DNA of 64,000 nucleotides from Paraspadella gotoi (taxonomy: Eukaryota; Animalia; Chaetognatha), in NCBI GenBank assembly GCA_051294375.1, contig CM119263.1, positions 3,804,785-3,868,784 on the forward strand, written 5' to 3'. The notes beneath the pieces were generated by a model. The model was given only the letters and a program-made list of their open reading frames with translations. It was not told the DNA's origin and made no database searches. The translations under genes and the position numbers were made by a program. Below, one piece after another: positions 15,364-26,434 of this stretch. Numbering within the stretch: the first letter of the stretch is position 1; the number at the start of each line of letters is the position of its first letter.

Positions 15364-15578
15364 CTGGGCGTGGCGGTTTCCGTTGGGAGGAATGAAATGG
15401 AGAGAACGTTAACTCAGATTAAGATAAGCGATGAGATTTTGACAACGATTTCGATAACGAATCCTAATCATTTCCATTCTGATCCAAAATCTGTTTCATT
15501 CCGACTTTTCATCTCGACCGACGGCGGAGAATGAAAAAAAAAAAGTTTTTTACTCCCAAAGCGAACATTTGGCAACTA

Positions 15579-15676
<98 letters not shown>

Positions 15677-15766
15677 CTTTGAGATCAGTCGGAATGATGA
15701 ATCAGTCACAAACGATCCGAAATTCTTCTTCATTAGTCTCTCTCTCTCTCTCTCTCTTCTTCTCTC

Positions 15767-15827
<61 letters not shown>

Positions 15828-16545
15828 AACCTAATATTAACTCAGCAATTCAAAAAATCTCTTAAAATCGCCCCTCCCATCCGATGCTCTTGGCTCGAAG
15901 AAATCGATACCTGGCCAAACCCAGAAAACAAAGAAAAAAAAAAGAAAAAAAAAGTAAAAAATTTCTTTCCAATTTTCGCCTCCAAATCTTAACGAATCTC
16001 TAAGCGCAGTAAAAAAAATAATAAAAGAAATAAAAAAGAATTACAAAAACGTGTTTGGAAGAATTCAAGTTTTTGGACATAAAATTTGGAAGAATTTCGT
16101 ATTTTTTTGTTTCATTTTATGATTTGGAGAGAGAAATCCCGCCACATTGTATGAGTGAGTTTCATAGCGTCAGGCACGAATGAATGTTTGAATAAAATAG
16201 TTCAGGGCACAACCATGAGAATAATTATCATACGTGATGAGACAATAGTTTGTTCTAGACTATTTTTCAGCAATGATTAACAAATAAATAAGACTAGAAT
16301 ATTTAATTATCAAAAAATATAAAGCATAAAGCAAAATTTAACACATTATTTTCGTTACAAAAAGAATTAAGTACTATTAAGAGAGTACAAGACTTAAGGA
16401 ACAACTTTTACATCAAAAGACATAGTATAAATATAGTAGTAGTTAAAAAAAGTTGGCGCGAAATACTTTGATGGGCTAAAGTTGATAATGAATCTTAGAG
16501 ATTGTTTTCATCCACAAAAAAAAAAAAAACATCCGAAAATTTCGT

Positions 16546-18299
16546 CTAGTCTTCCTCCAGGCCAAGCATGTAGGACATAAATTCTGAAAAGAAACAGTTT
16601 TTTTATCCAATATATAAAGCAATATTTTGTTAATTTTAATTAATTAATTTCAATAATAACTCACGATCTTGGCTAATCTTTCTGTCTTCCGCTCCGAATT
16701 GATTGAAGAAGTCATCCGGCGTTGCGTTGATACCACTCTGTGAATAAGAAATAAGCAAAAGTTTATTTAAAACAAAACATTAAACATACAATATTAATTA
16801 TAGAAAAAATAAAAACTTTTCTATGCAGAGCAGCTGCTTTTTGAGATTATTCTATCATAATTATTATTAATAATATTAGTCTTATTATTAACAATAATAA
16901 TAATAATAATAATATTAGTATTATGATTATTACCACTATAATCATTGTGACTATTGTTTACACCGTTTCTATTATCACTGTGGTCAAGTGAAATCCATTC
17001 AATATATTCTTATACATAGCATTGATCTAGTTATGTAATGTTCATTTTCCTAGAAGCCAGTCAGATTTGACTTTTGGAGATGTTTTATCAATACGTCTTT
17101 CAATGTTTTGATGTTTTTGTATTTCAATACTTCAATATTTTAATATTTTATCGCTTCTGCCTCAAAAAATATATATCAAATAATTTTTTATCTTCAAATA
17201 AATCAAAAATATTACTATAAGATATTTCCTCCGAATCACTTGATATCACTCCTTACCTTCGCAATCGCGTTTTTCAGTTCGTCTTCCTCGATAAAGTTGT
17301 CACCGTCTTGATCAAGATGCGCGAAGCTTTTCGCGGCGCCTTCGCAAGCCAAGATCCAAAGAAAGTCGAAAAACTCCAACTTATCCATTTGTCCATCTCG
17401 GTCCCGGTCAAACCTGAGATTACGAAAACAGAAGGGAAAACTGGAGAAAAATCAGAGAAAAATAAACAAGTATGGTGGACTAAAATCCACCAACCGTTCA
17501 TCAGCGGCCGTTGGTGCCGGAGGCAAGTCATTCGCTTCCCAACCCAAAGGTCCGGGGTTCTAGCCCGGTGGTCGACCAGCAGTTAAGAGGGACGGGGCGC
17601 TTAACCCGTCTGTAACACGGTGTTACAGCTTGATCCGAAGCTCAGGGACTGCTTATATTGAACGGTTCTGTCACTAACACATAACAATAATTACTGTCTA
17701 ATCACAAGTATGGATAGCCAGTTATAGTATAACTTTTACGCAGAGAACGGGAGATTTGCCATATGCCATTAGTCTTCAGTCTTCAATGAGCGCTTTTCTC
17801 TTAATTGCGCGATTTCACGTCAAATGTACTATCACCCGAAAGCTTGGCTAACAAGACGGGACACCGCCGGGATTAAACCAACAGCCAGTATTAATAACTG
17901 ACCCGTTGAGAAAATAGTATTGGCTAACTGGTTGCTGAGAAAGTCTTGTTCTCTCACCACGGAGAAAAATAATGGATAAGTCGATTACAAATTAGAATAA
18001 CAAAATGGAGGACAAAAGTCTGTCGATCAAAAAATATTTTACATATACTAAATATTATTCTAATTAGTCTAATAATTTAGTTCTGACTTTTAAAAATTTC
18101 CATTTTGATCCCACCTATCAAAAGCTTTATCAAGATCCTCGTCGCACGGAGGATCTTCCGTATTCTTCAACAGGTCCTCGACCTCCCTGCAAGAGACGCA
18201 TCCCGTCCCGTCCACGTCGACACTGTCGAAGAGCGGCTCGAACTGCGCCTTCTTCTCCTCCGGCAAACGAATCCCGCATCCTTTCTTCGCCGTTTTTTT
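16546..18299 (-). CDS. EF-hand calcium-binding protein, calmodulin-like (paralog B; first exon not located)
   Basis: Exons 18299-18115, 17413-17257, 16737-16665, 16583-16546 join in frame (453 nt): KKTAKKGCGIRLPEEKKAQFEPLFDSVDVDGTGCVSCRE...FDRDRDGQMDKLE...LDQDGDNFIEEDE...FGAEDRKISQDQFMSYMLGLEED*. Intron positions and phases match paralog A. Confidence 0.88.
17475..17699 (+). mobile_element. tRNA-Gly-derived SINE-like element, copy 1
   Basis: About 225 bp, closely similar to 23697-23926 and 35362-35591. tRNA-like head GCGGCCG...TTCCCAA...CCGGGGTTCTAGCCCGG-TGGTCG with A/B-box-like motifs. Confidence 0.8.
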
Positions 18300-18546
18300 C
18301 TAAAGTTGATACATGGAAAAATATGGAAGGCTCAACTACCCCTAGCGCGATAGAGGAAACATCTATTTCTTTGATACTGTAAATAATGAAAAGGTCTAAC
18401 TATAGTGAAGGTTAACTATAAATAGGTTTGCGGTTTGCCAAGAACTATTTAAGATCATGCATGAGAAATATAACATAGAACGTATGATTGAAAGAAAATT
18501 AATAACCCGTTAAACTTAAAAAAGTTGATTTTGGAAGACTTACTTC

Positions 18547-18596
<50 letters not shown>

Positions 18597-18735
18597 ATCA
18601 AAACCAGTTCCTTAATTTCCGCCCGGAGTTTTGCATTTCGCTTGATGAGAGCAATAGCCTAAAAGCCGGCACTTTGCTTTAACGATTTTTAAACTCATCT
18701 TGATTTACCGGTTTTACGCATTTTTCCTCTCTTTC

Positions 18736-18805
<70 letters not shown>

Positions 18806-18860
18806 CTGTCTGTCCAAACGGCAATTTAATGACGTGTATTAACCTTTAACTTTAAAACCC

Positions 18861-19059
18861 TTTGTGATTATCCTTTCGTTTCGTTGCTGTATTTGATATT
18901 AGAAGACGTTTGAAAGTTTATACAACGATTTTTATTTCAATTTGAAACGTACATGTTTCGGCTCTTGTACGAGCCTTCATCAGCGTTAACAGTTAATTTC
19001 AAATTTTTAGTTTCAAATTGAAATAAAAATCGTTGTATAAACTTTCAAACGTCATCTAA
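18861..19059 (-). mobile_element. Penelope-like element (pLTR) remnant with hammerhead ribozyme
   Basis: Flanked by direct repeat TAACTTTAAAACCC (18847-18860 and 19060-19073). 51-bp inverted repeat at 18898-18948 / 19010-19060. Hammerhead core followed by AATAAA on the minus strand. Confidence 0.8.
18946..18987 (-). ncRNA. minimal type I hammerhead ribozyme
   Basis: Minus strand reads AACG-CTGATGA-A-GGCTC-GTACAA-GAGCC-GAAA-CATGTA^CGTT: intact core, 5-bp stem II, palindromic minimal stem III (ACATGT), stem I AACG/CGTT, GUA cleavage triplet. Confidence 0.82.
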
Positions 19060-19293
19060 TAACTTTAAAACCCAAAACAAATTTGTTAAATGTTATATAT
19101 AATAAATATCCACTATATGTTTAAGGATTAAGAAAACATAAATTGATACATAAACTAACTAATAAGAAATCCAGGTGTTAGATTATAAAATTGTTTTTTT
19201 AACTTTTTAACTTTTTTGGGCGAAGTTGATAGTCAAGTTTTTGAATGAAATTTATTTAATCTTGAAAAAACTTGTTTCAATTTTTCGGTTAAA

Positions 19294-19328
<35 letters not shown>

Positions 19329-19527
19329 ATCTCTCTCATCTTCCTCTCCAAAATGCCGGTTAATGATTAAGAAACGTCTTAGCAAAAGGTAAATTTCTAA
19401 TTGAAGCCTCACATGACTTTAATTGTATTCTGTCTTAACCATTTTTCGAAAGTTTTTCGAAAGTTTTTAATGTGATTTCCTCACGCAAAGGAGTAAACTC
19501 CCTCCTCTCTCTTTCTTTCTCTCTCTC

Positions 19528-19586
<59 letters not shown>

Positions 19587-19850
19587 CCTTTTTTAGTTCA
19601 TACATTTTATTCTCCGTTTGGCAATCGTTTGAGAAAAGGTATAAATTCAACTTTTTTCCGATGTAGTAGGACTTGAGAATGTTTGAAGAGAAGAAAATAG
19701 AAGAGATAACAAGAAATGAGAAGAAAAGAGAAGAGGAGAGAAGAGAAGAGAAGAGAAGAGAAGAGAAGAGAAGAGAAGAGAAGAGAAGAGAAGAGAAGAG
19801 AAGAAAAAGGGAAGAAAAAGAGAAGAAAAAAAATAAGAAAAGATGAAATA

Positions 19851-20132
19851 CAGTCCTGTGCAAAAAAGAAAAAGGACACCCTAAAACATTGTAACAATAA
19901 ATCTTGTTAAAATCCTTTATTATGAAAGATATTAACAGTCATTAATATTCATGGAAAAAGCAAATTTGGTTAAAATTTAGCCATATTTTTATGAGCACAG
20001 AGCGTTACTTCAGAAGAAAATAGACGTATTTTTAATTAACCTCTTGTGTTTAGGTTATTTTAGCTGTTTTAAAATTTTCTTTGCATAAAACGCGCGCAAT
20101 TTAAGAGTTTTCTCTTTTTTTGCAAAGGACTG
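19851..20132. mobile_element. shorter related Tc1/mariner-type MITE
   Basis: TA-CAGTCCTGTGCAAAAAAG ... CTTTTTTTGCAAAGGACTG. Outer TIR shared with 26964; right-hand TA not conserved. Confidence 0.62.
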
Positions 20133-21294
20133 AAGAAAAGAAATGAAGTGCAAAAATTAGATAAGAAAAGAGAATAAAAAGATGAAAGAGAAAAAAATAA
20201 AGAAATAAAACATGAGAATTAAAAAATAAGAAGAAAAAGGAAAAGAAAAAGGAAAAGAAAAGGGAAAGAAACGAAAAAAAAGGGAAAAAAGAAAAGAAAA
20301 AAAGAAAAGAAAAAAGAAAAGAAATAAAAAGAAAAGAAAAGAAAAGAAAAGTAAATTCCTGCATCTTAAAAGTCGAAGACCTGAATAAACTATTAGGAGA
20401 ATCGATCAATTTTCATCAATACTATTATTTAAAATCCGTTTATATGCAATGAAAATAAAACCTTATTCAACTAAAGACATTTAACTGTTATTTAAAAGCC
20501 TACCTGTTACTTACTTTCGATTACAAAACTAAATGTTCCAGTTTTCACGATAACAACACACGGATTAATATTAAATATTCACGAGGCAGCAGAATAAATT
20601 TTTGAGTAATAAAAACAGATATAGCTAAAGAGGTCTTATAATATGTACATTGTACAATGTCAATCGGTTTTTATATTCATGTGTTGATGCGATTGCATCA
20701 GCTAATAATTAAAAACTAAACCTTCATAAAATAATGATAATTTTGTGTTTTAGTTTATTTCAAATCAAATTGCTGACAAAAGCCTCTCGCTGCGTGAAGA
20801 TTGAGGCTCACAACCGAAGGCGTCGCCACTTCACGCTATCGAAATCACAAAAGTTGTCTTTTGTCAACAACATGCAAAGAAAAACTAATAAGATTTTAAT
20901 CGAAACACTTAAAAATATGTAGTATTGTTCATAGTAATTTGCGCGTTACGAAGAATTATCTGTTTTATAAAAAAAAAATATTGTAATTATATTATATGAT
21001 TATTAAAGAAATTGTTAATTAAAAAACTCGTTACGGTCTACCCCATCAGATCGGTGGAATTGGAAGAAGAGAAGGGAGCGCCCCTCGTTTTTCCACCCAC
21101 TCGCATCTACCAACCTTCACCTTTCCACCACCCCCACCCTTCATTTTCCACCCCCCCCCCCCTCTCCCCCTCAATCGATCAGATAAACGTCTTTCTCAGA
21201 TTTGAGTTTTTATTCAAGTCTCTTTCTGTTTAAGCGGAGTCTTTTAGTCACGGCGACCTAATCTGAAAAAGGGGCGGTCTCTCTCTCTCTCTCT

Positions 21295-21382
<88 letters not shown>

Positions 21383-22705
21383 CCCCAGAAAAAAAAAGTC
21401 GCTGTGAATTCTCGATATCAACTTTTGACTCAAAAGGAAATGAATCCCTATGTTTGTTTTTATTTTTTTTTTATTTAATTTTAAAAAATCATAGCGTAAA
21501 TGACTCGTCGTGTTGAGAATCGGTTGAACAGAAATTTTATGTCTAAAGTTTACAATATTGAAAAGTACGGTGCTGTGACGAACTAAATAATTTAAAAATG
21601 GTTTCAAAAAATTACATAAATTAGATGAAAGAAAAGTCATGCTTTAAGGGATACTCTGACATGCAAATGAAATAAAAATATATAAACAATATATATTGAT
21701 TTAATATATTTNNNNNNNNNNCTCACAGGCATGACGATGGCTTGACTTCGGATTCCGACAAAATTAAAAGAGAGAGAAAGAGAGAGAGAGAAGGAGAGGC
21801 GAATGAAATTCGGAGTTCCTTTTTCGAATGGCAGTGAAAGAGAGAGTGAGACGGAGAGCGAGAGACTTTTCGAAAAAGTGGTCGGTCGAGAAGTTTTAAA
21901 GGAGTTGAGTCACGAGGAGTGGAAAAGGTGGAGGAGGAGGAGGAAGAGGAGTGGAAAAGGTGGAGGAGGAGGAGGAAGAGGAGGAGGAAGAGGAAGAGGT
22001 GCGATGAGGACTTGGAAAGGGAAGTTCGTTGAGCCAAATATTTCATTAGTCATTCTTAACAAACAAACAGACGAGGGGGCACCTCTTTTTAAGTTGGAAG
22101 GAATTGCTGAGTTTTAATACATGATAATTTGTGGTTAATTTGTATCAAAAATAATATTTTCGCAAACATTTAGTATCAAATTTGAAATATTATTAAAAAA
22201 TATAAAAACTTTCACAAATTCAAAACAAAGAAAAATTACTTATGATACATTTTTTTTATGGTTATAATTTGTTTTCCCTAATTTTTACAAATGATAATCC
22301 GTGGATTTTTTCCATCTGCTGTAGCTAGCAGTAGCCGCTGTAGTTATTTCATTTGTCCCTTTTCTCGCACTACCAGGAGATGAAAAATGAAGGAGGAAAA
22401 CTGTTCAAGTAATGTATTTAATGTTTCAAAAACATAAGTAACACTTTAAAGGGCTAAAAAGGAATCTTGCGATTTTTATAATTAAACTACTGTTATTTAG
22501 AGTTTTCAAGGCTGTTACATGGAATCGAGAATTTGTATTTAACTACTAAGCATATCCAACGCTTAGTCGCCGATCCTATTTAGATTCTTGGGTTCTGATT
22601 TCTCTATGATGATATATAACCTAACCAAAAAGCTAAATATTATTTTTTTTTTCCCCAAAAAAAGCAGATATTTTTTTCGCAGAAATTAGAAGGAAAATCA
22701 CGACA

Positions 22706-24239
22706 TCAGTAGCCCAGAAGCGCGTTGCGGATTTCTGGAAAAAAAAATATTCTGATGGTAGTGCAGAGTGCAATATAGTATTGCTCGATGGTTTAACCCA
22801 CCATAGCATTATCCAAAGTCAGAAATCAAGATTGTTTATTAATTGAAAGAACGAATAATTTTGATTGGCCATATGTCCCAATTTAAGGGAATATAATTTA
22901 ATATAAATGTTCTTAACTCAAGCTTACAGATATCGTCGCCACACTCACCGTCAAAAGTGACATAGCCGGAGTTGTCCTTGTCATACTTTTTCAAGAACTT
23001 CTCGGGATCATCTCCGCTCCCCATGTCCCTGAGCAACTCGGCCAGTTCGCTCTTGCAGATTTTTCCATCCTGGTTTTTGTCGTATTTGCAACAGATTGCC
23101 ATTGATGTCACTGTTACGTGCAATTCCCAGGCAAAGACCAAGAATTCGTCCAACTGCATCACGCCGTCACCGTTGGTGTCGTGGCTGAAAGAAAAATTAA
23201 AACTTTACAATAAAAATAATTCAATTTTTTTCATTTTTTATTAATAACAAAAACGATATTAACACAATTCTTAAATTCAAAAACAATTCAAATTCAATTC
23301 AAATTTCGGCTCTTAAACCTTAATCACTCCTTAACCGTAATCGCTAACTTAATCCCTCACCTTTACCCTAACCCTAACTATTCATCTAATCTTTAACTAC
23401 CAATAATTAACCGTATTCCAAATTTAAAAAAAAAAAGGAAAATATGGCCAAAATTCCACAAATTCTAAGATATGAGAAACTGCTACAATATGTAAATGAG
23501 ATTAATGAACTCAACATCATTTAAAATGTACCACAAAGTATCTTGCTCCAATTATTTTGAGGTGATGTTTTTTGATAAACCTTAGCTGTAATAAACATGG
23601 TTGTATTATTGTTTGGGTCATTTCATTATCCACGACTCGTCGACGGTTTATATACCTATATGTATCTTAACATATTTTTAATTAAATTAATAAATAGTGG
23701 ACTAAAATCCACTAACTGTTCATCAGAGGCCATTATTGCCGGAGGCAAGTCATTCGCCTCCCAACCCAAAGGTCCGGGATTCTCGCCTGGTAGTCGCCGA
23801 GCAGTTAAGAGGGACCGGGCGCTTAACCCGTATGTAACACGGTGTTACAGCCTGATCCGAAGCTCAGGGACTGCTTATATTGAACGGTTCTGTCACTAAC
23901 ACAAAACTATAATTACTGTCTCTTCATTATAAACAAACTCACCAGTTGAATATCGCATTGAAATCTTTTTCCGGAAAATCTTTAAACAAAGGATTATTTC
24001 GGACTTCGTCTTTGTCCAGATGACCGTTTTTGTCGTGATCCAACTTGCGAAATTCCCTCACGAATTGGTCTCTCAATTCTGAGTCCATGTGAACGCTGCA
24101 TCCTTTCTCAGCTTTTTTCCCCGTTTTCTAATCAGTGTAATCAAAAAAATAAATTAATTTAAAAAATATTAAATTTGACTAGATATTAGGTAATTATCTT
24201 TGACAATTTTTTTCATAATTGCTCACGACTTACCGGCAT
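22706..24239 (-). CDS. 4-EF-hand calcium-binding protein, calmodulin-like (paralog C, 151 aa)
   Basis: Exons 24239-24234 (ATGCCG|gtaagt), 24127-23943, 23184-22949, 22734-22706 total 456 nt. Loops DHDKNGHLDKDE, DTNGDGVMQLDE, DKNQDGKICKSE and DKDNSGYVTFDE are all canonical. Confidence 0.92.
23697..23926 (+). mobile_element. tRNA-Gly-derived SINE-like element, copy 2
   Basis: Same start GTGGACTAAAATCCAC and end AATTACTGTC as the other copies. Confidence 0.8.
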
Positions 24240-26089
24240 TTTGAAAGCGCGAGATAATTTAGATAACGAACAAAAAACAAAGTTGAATTGAGAAAATGAA
24301 AGAAAGAGAAAAGGTAAGTGAAGAAGAAGTAAGTTTCAAGAGAAGTGATTCTCAATTTGAGGTTAAAAAAAGTGGGAAGAGGAAGAGTTAACGGTTGAAA
24401 TATCAAAAAAGCAGAAACGCGTCGTGAGTCGAGCGCTGGGCGTGACGCCGCCGCCGCCGCCGCCGCCGCTGCTGCTGTCGCCGCTGATTCCGCCATTGCA
24501 AAAAAATCCCTTATTCGCGCGCGGACGTTCGTTGGGATTGGGCGTGGCCCACGTTGGGGCAAACGAGAATTTGGGGCAACGTAACAATTAAATTAAACAG
24601 GTTTTTTTTTCTCTTTCTTTTTGCTTGACTCTCGGGTTCCTTGGTTGAGAAGCGCAAAAGCGGAGAGACAGACAAACAGACCAACTAATTGACAGACCGA
24701 CCGCTGGGTGGGAGAGAAGGTTGAATAGCAAAATTTAGTGACGAAAAGTTTGTTGAGGCGCTTGCTTTGCTTCGCCTCGCTTGTTTGCATCTTGCTTGCT
24801 TTTTTGAGGGGGGGGGGAATTTCGTTCTTTTAATTTTAACCTTATTATTTATTTTTCCTTGTCTAAGTAAGATATAAAAAATGTCAATCGGAATAAAAAC
24901 AAAAAAAATTACGTACACTACGTAAACCAGAAGTCAGAAAAGTTTCATTTATCTAGTTTATTTTATTAATTTTGTTTCTTTAGTTTATTTAGGTTAGTTA
25001 ATTTTAGTTGTTTACTTTGTTTTTTTCGTTTAGTTAATTTATTCTTTTGTTTTATTTATCCTTTTACAGTATTTTGTTTATTTTGCATATTCTGTTTAAT
25101 GAGTTTATTGAGTTAAGTAAGTTTATTTTGTTTATTAGGAATTCGATTCGGTCGATGTTCCGACTCGCGTCAACAAAGGCAAGAGAGCGATCAGGTGGCA
25201 AAGATCGACAGACATTATCAAATAATCTCCTTGAAACATAAAGGATTTGCATTAGCATCGACGCCGAAGATTTAAGAGAAGCCGACAATGCAGATGGTGT
25301 AAGCTAAGTGGTTGAAGCTGCCAAAATAAAGCGGAAGTAAATAAGAAACGTTGGGCTGACAACAGACACTGACTGTGTTGCTGACGCAGCAATGTTGACA
25401 AAGATGAAGCCAACAATACTCGTATAGTCAATCAAAAACCAATCAGATAGAGGATGGGCCAACAAAGCCGGCGGAGGTAAAAAATCAATGAATAAGTAAT
25501 AAATGTTATTTAATTTCTTTAAATGTTTAATGAATTCGACTAAAATTAGGCAGAATTTTCAGATCTTTAAACCTTTTTGTCAATTGCATTATCCTTAACC
25601 CATGGACGTTCATTTTTTTTTTGGTTTTAAGCCAGGAAACAAGAACTACCACAACAACAACTCCAACAAAATCTTAACGCTTCTTACAGTGGCTCAGCCG
25701 GCGTTGGCGCCGACTCTCAGTTGATATTCTTAAAACGCAAGAGCAAAGGAGGATTTTACATCTGAGACTCTCGTTCAGACAAGTGGGTAGTTTTGCAGTG
25801 ACGCAACAACGAAGAGGAATGGAATAACAATCAATTGAAGGTGACTATGAAGAGGACGAAGATTGAGATAAAAGAAGCCGACGGACGCGTTGCTGTCAAT
25901 GTAAGCAGCGATCAGTTTCATTTCATTCTTTTGGTGAGACATTTGGACTTGCTTAATTCTTGTACACACCTTTCTTCAAAGGATGTCAAGACGTAATACT
26001 GTGCTAGTAATAGTTAGTTTAATTAATTAATTAAAACATTTATGAGTATGCATAAATAATAAAAATTCAAGTCAACGAGACTTTGATTT

Positions 26090-26315
26090 TTTCCATTCAA
26101 ACTCATTTTCACTCCTCGATTCCATCGAAACTTTGTATTATGCTCAACTACACACTTTCCTATCCATGGTAATTGGAGTTTTTTTCTAAGGAGGGACGGA
26201 TGAACAGACAGACGGACGGATGGACGGACGGACGTTTTTATTGCACAATTGTTCTGACATGATTTAAGTGAATTGAGGGGGCGGACACACGGACCAACAA
26301 AGTGGATCCGACTAA
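26090..26315 (-). mobile_element. inverted 5' module of the DINE-like family
   Basis: (GGAC)n plus ATTGAGGGGGCGGAC...CAAAGTGGATCCGACTAAAA; reverse complement of the 35138 module. Confidence 0.55.
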
Positions 26316-26434
26316 AAAGTAACTGAAACGTGAAAGAGTTGCTCCGTGAGTGATCGCAGCTCGAGTTAAAACCTACCCCTTCCCTACTATTCTCACATGC
26401 ATTTTTCAGATTAAAATTTTAAAAGAGAAGAGAG

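Noticed and set aside
17475-17510. Hammerhead in the SINE leader (antisense CTGATGA)
   Set aside because: No downstream GAAA or stem III in any of the three copies.
17505-17580. tRNA-Gly(CCC) gene
   Set aside because: Anticodon and D stems do not pair, and the sequence is embedded in a ~225-bp dispersed repeat; treated as a SINE head.
13780-24239. Photoprotein or true calmodulin identity for the EF-hand genes
   Set aside because: They lack the near-invariant calmodulin sequence, are shorter than aequorin-type proteins, and have an intact EF2.
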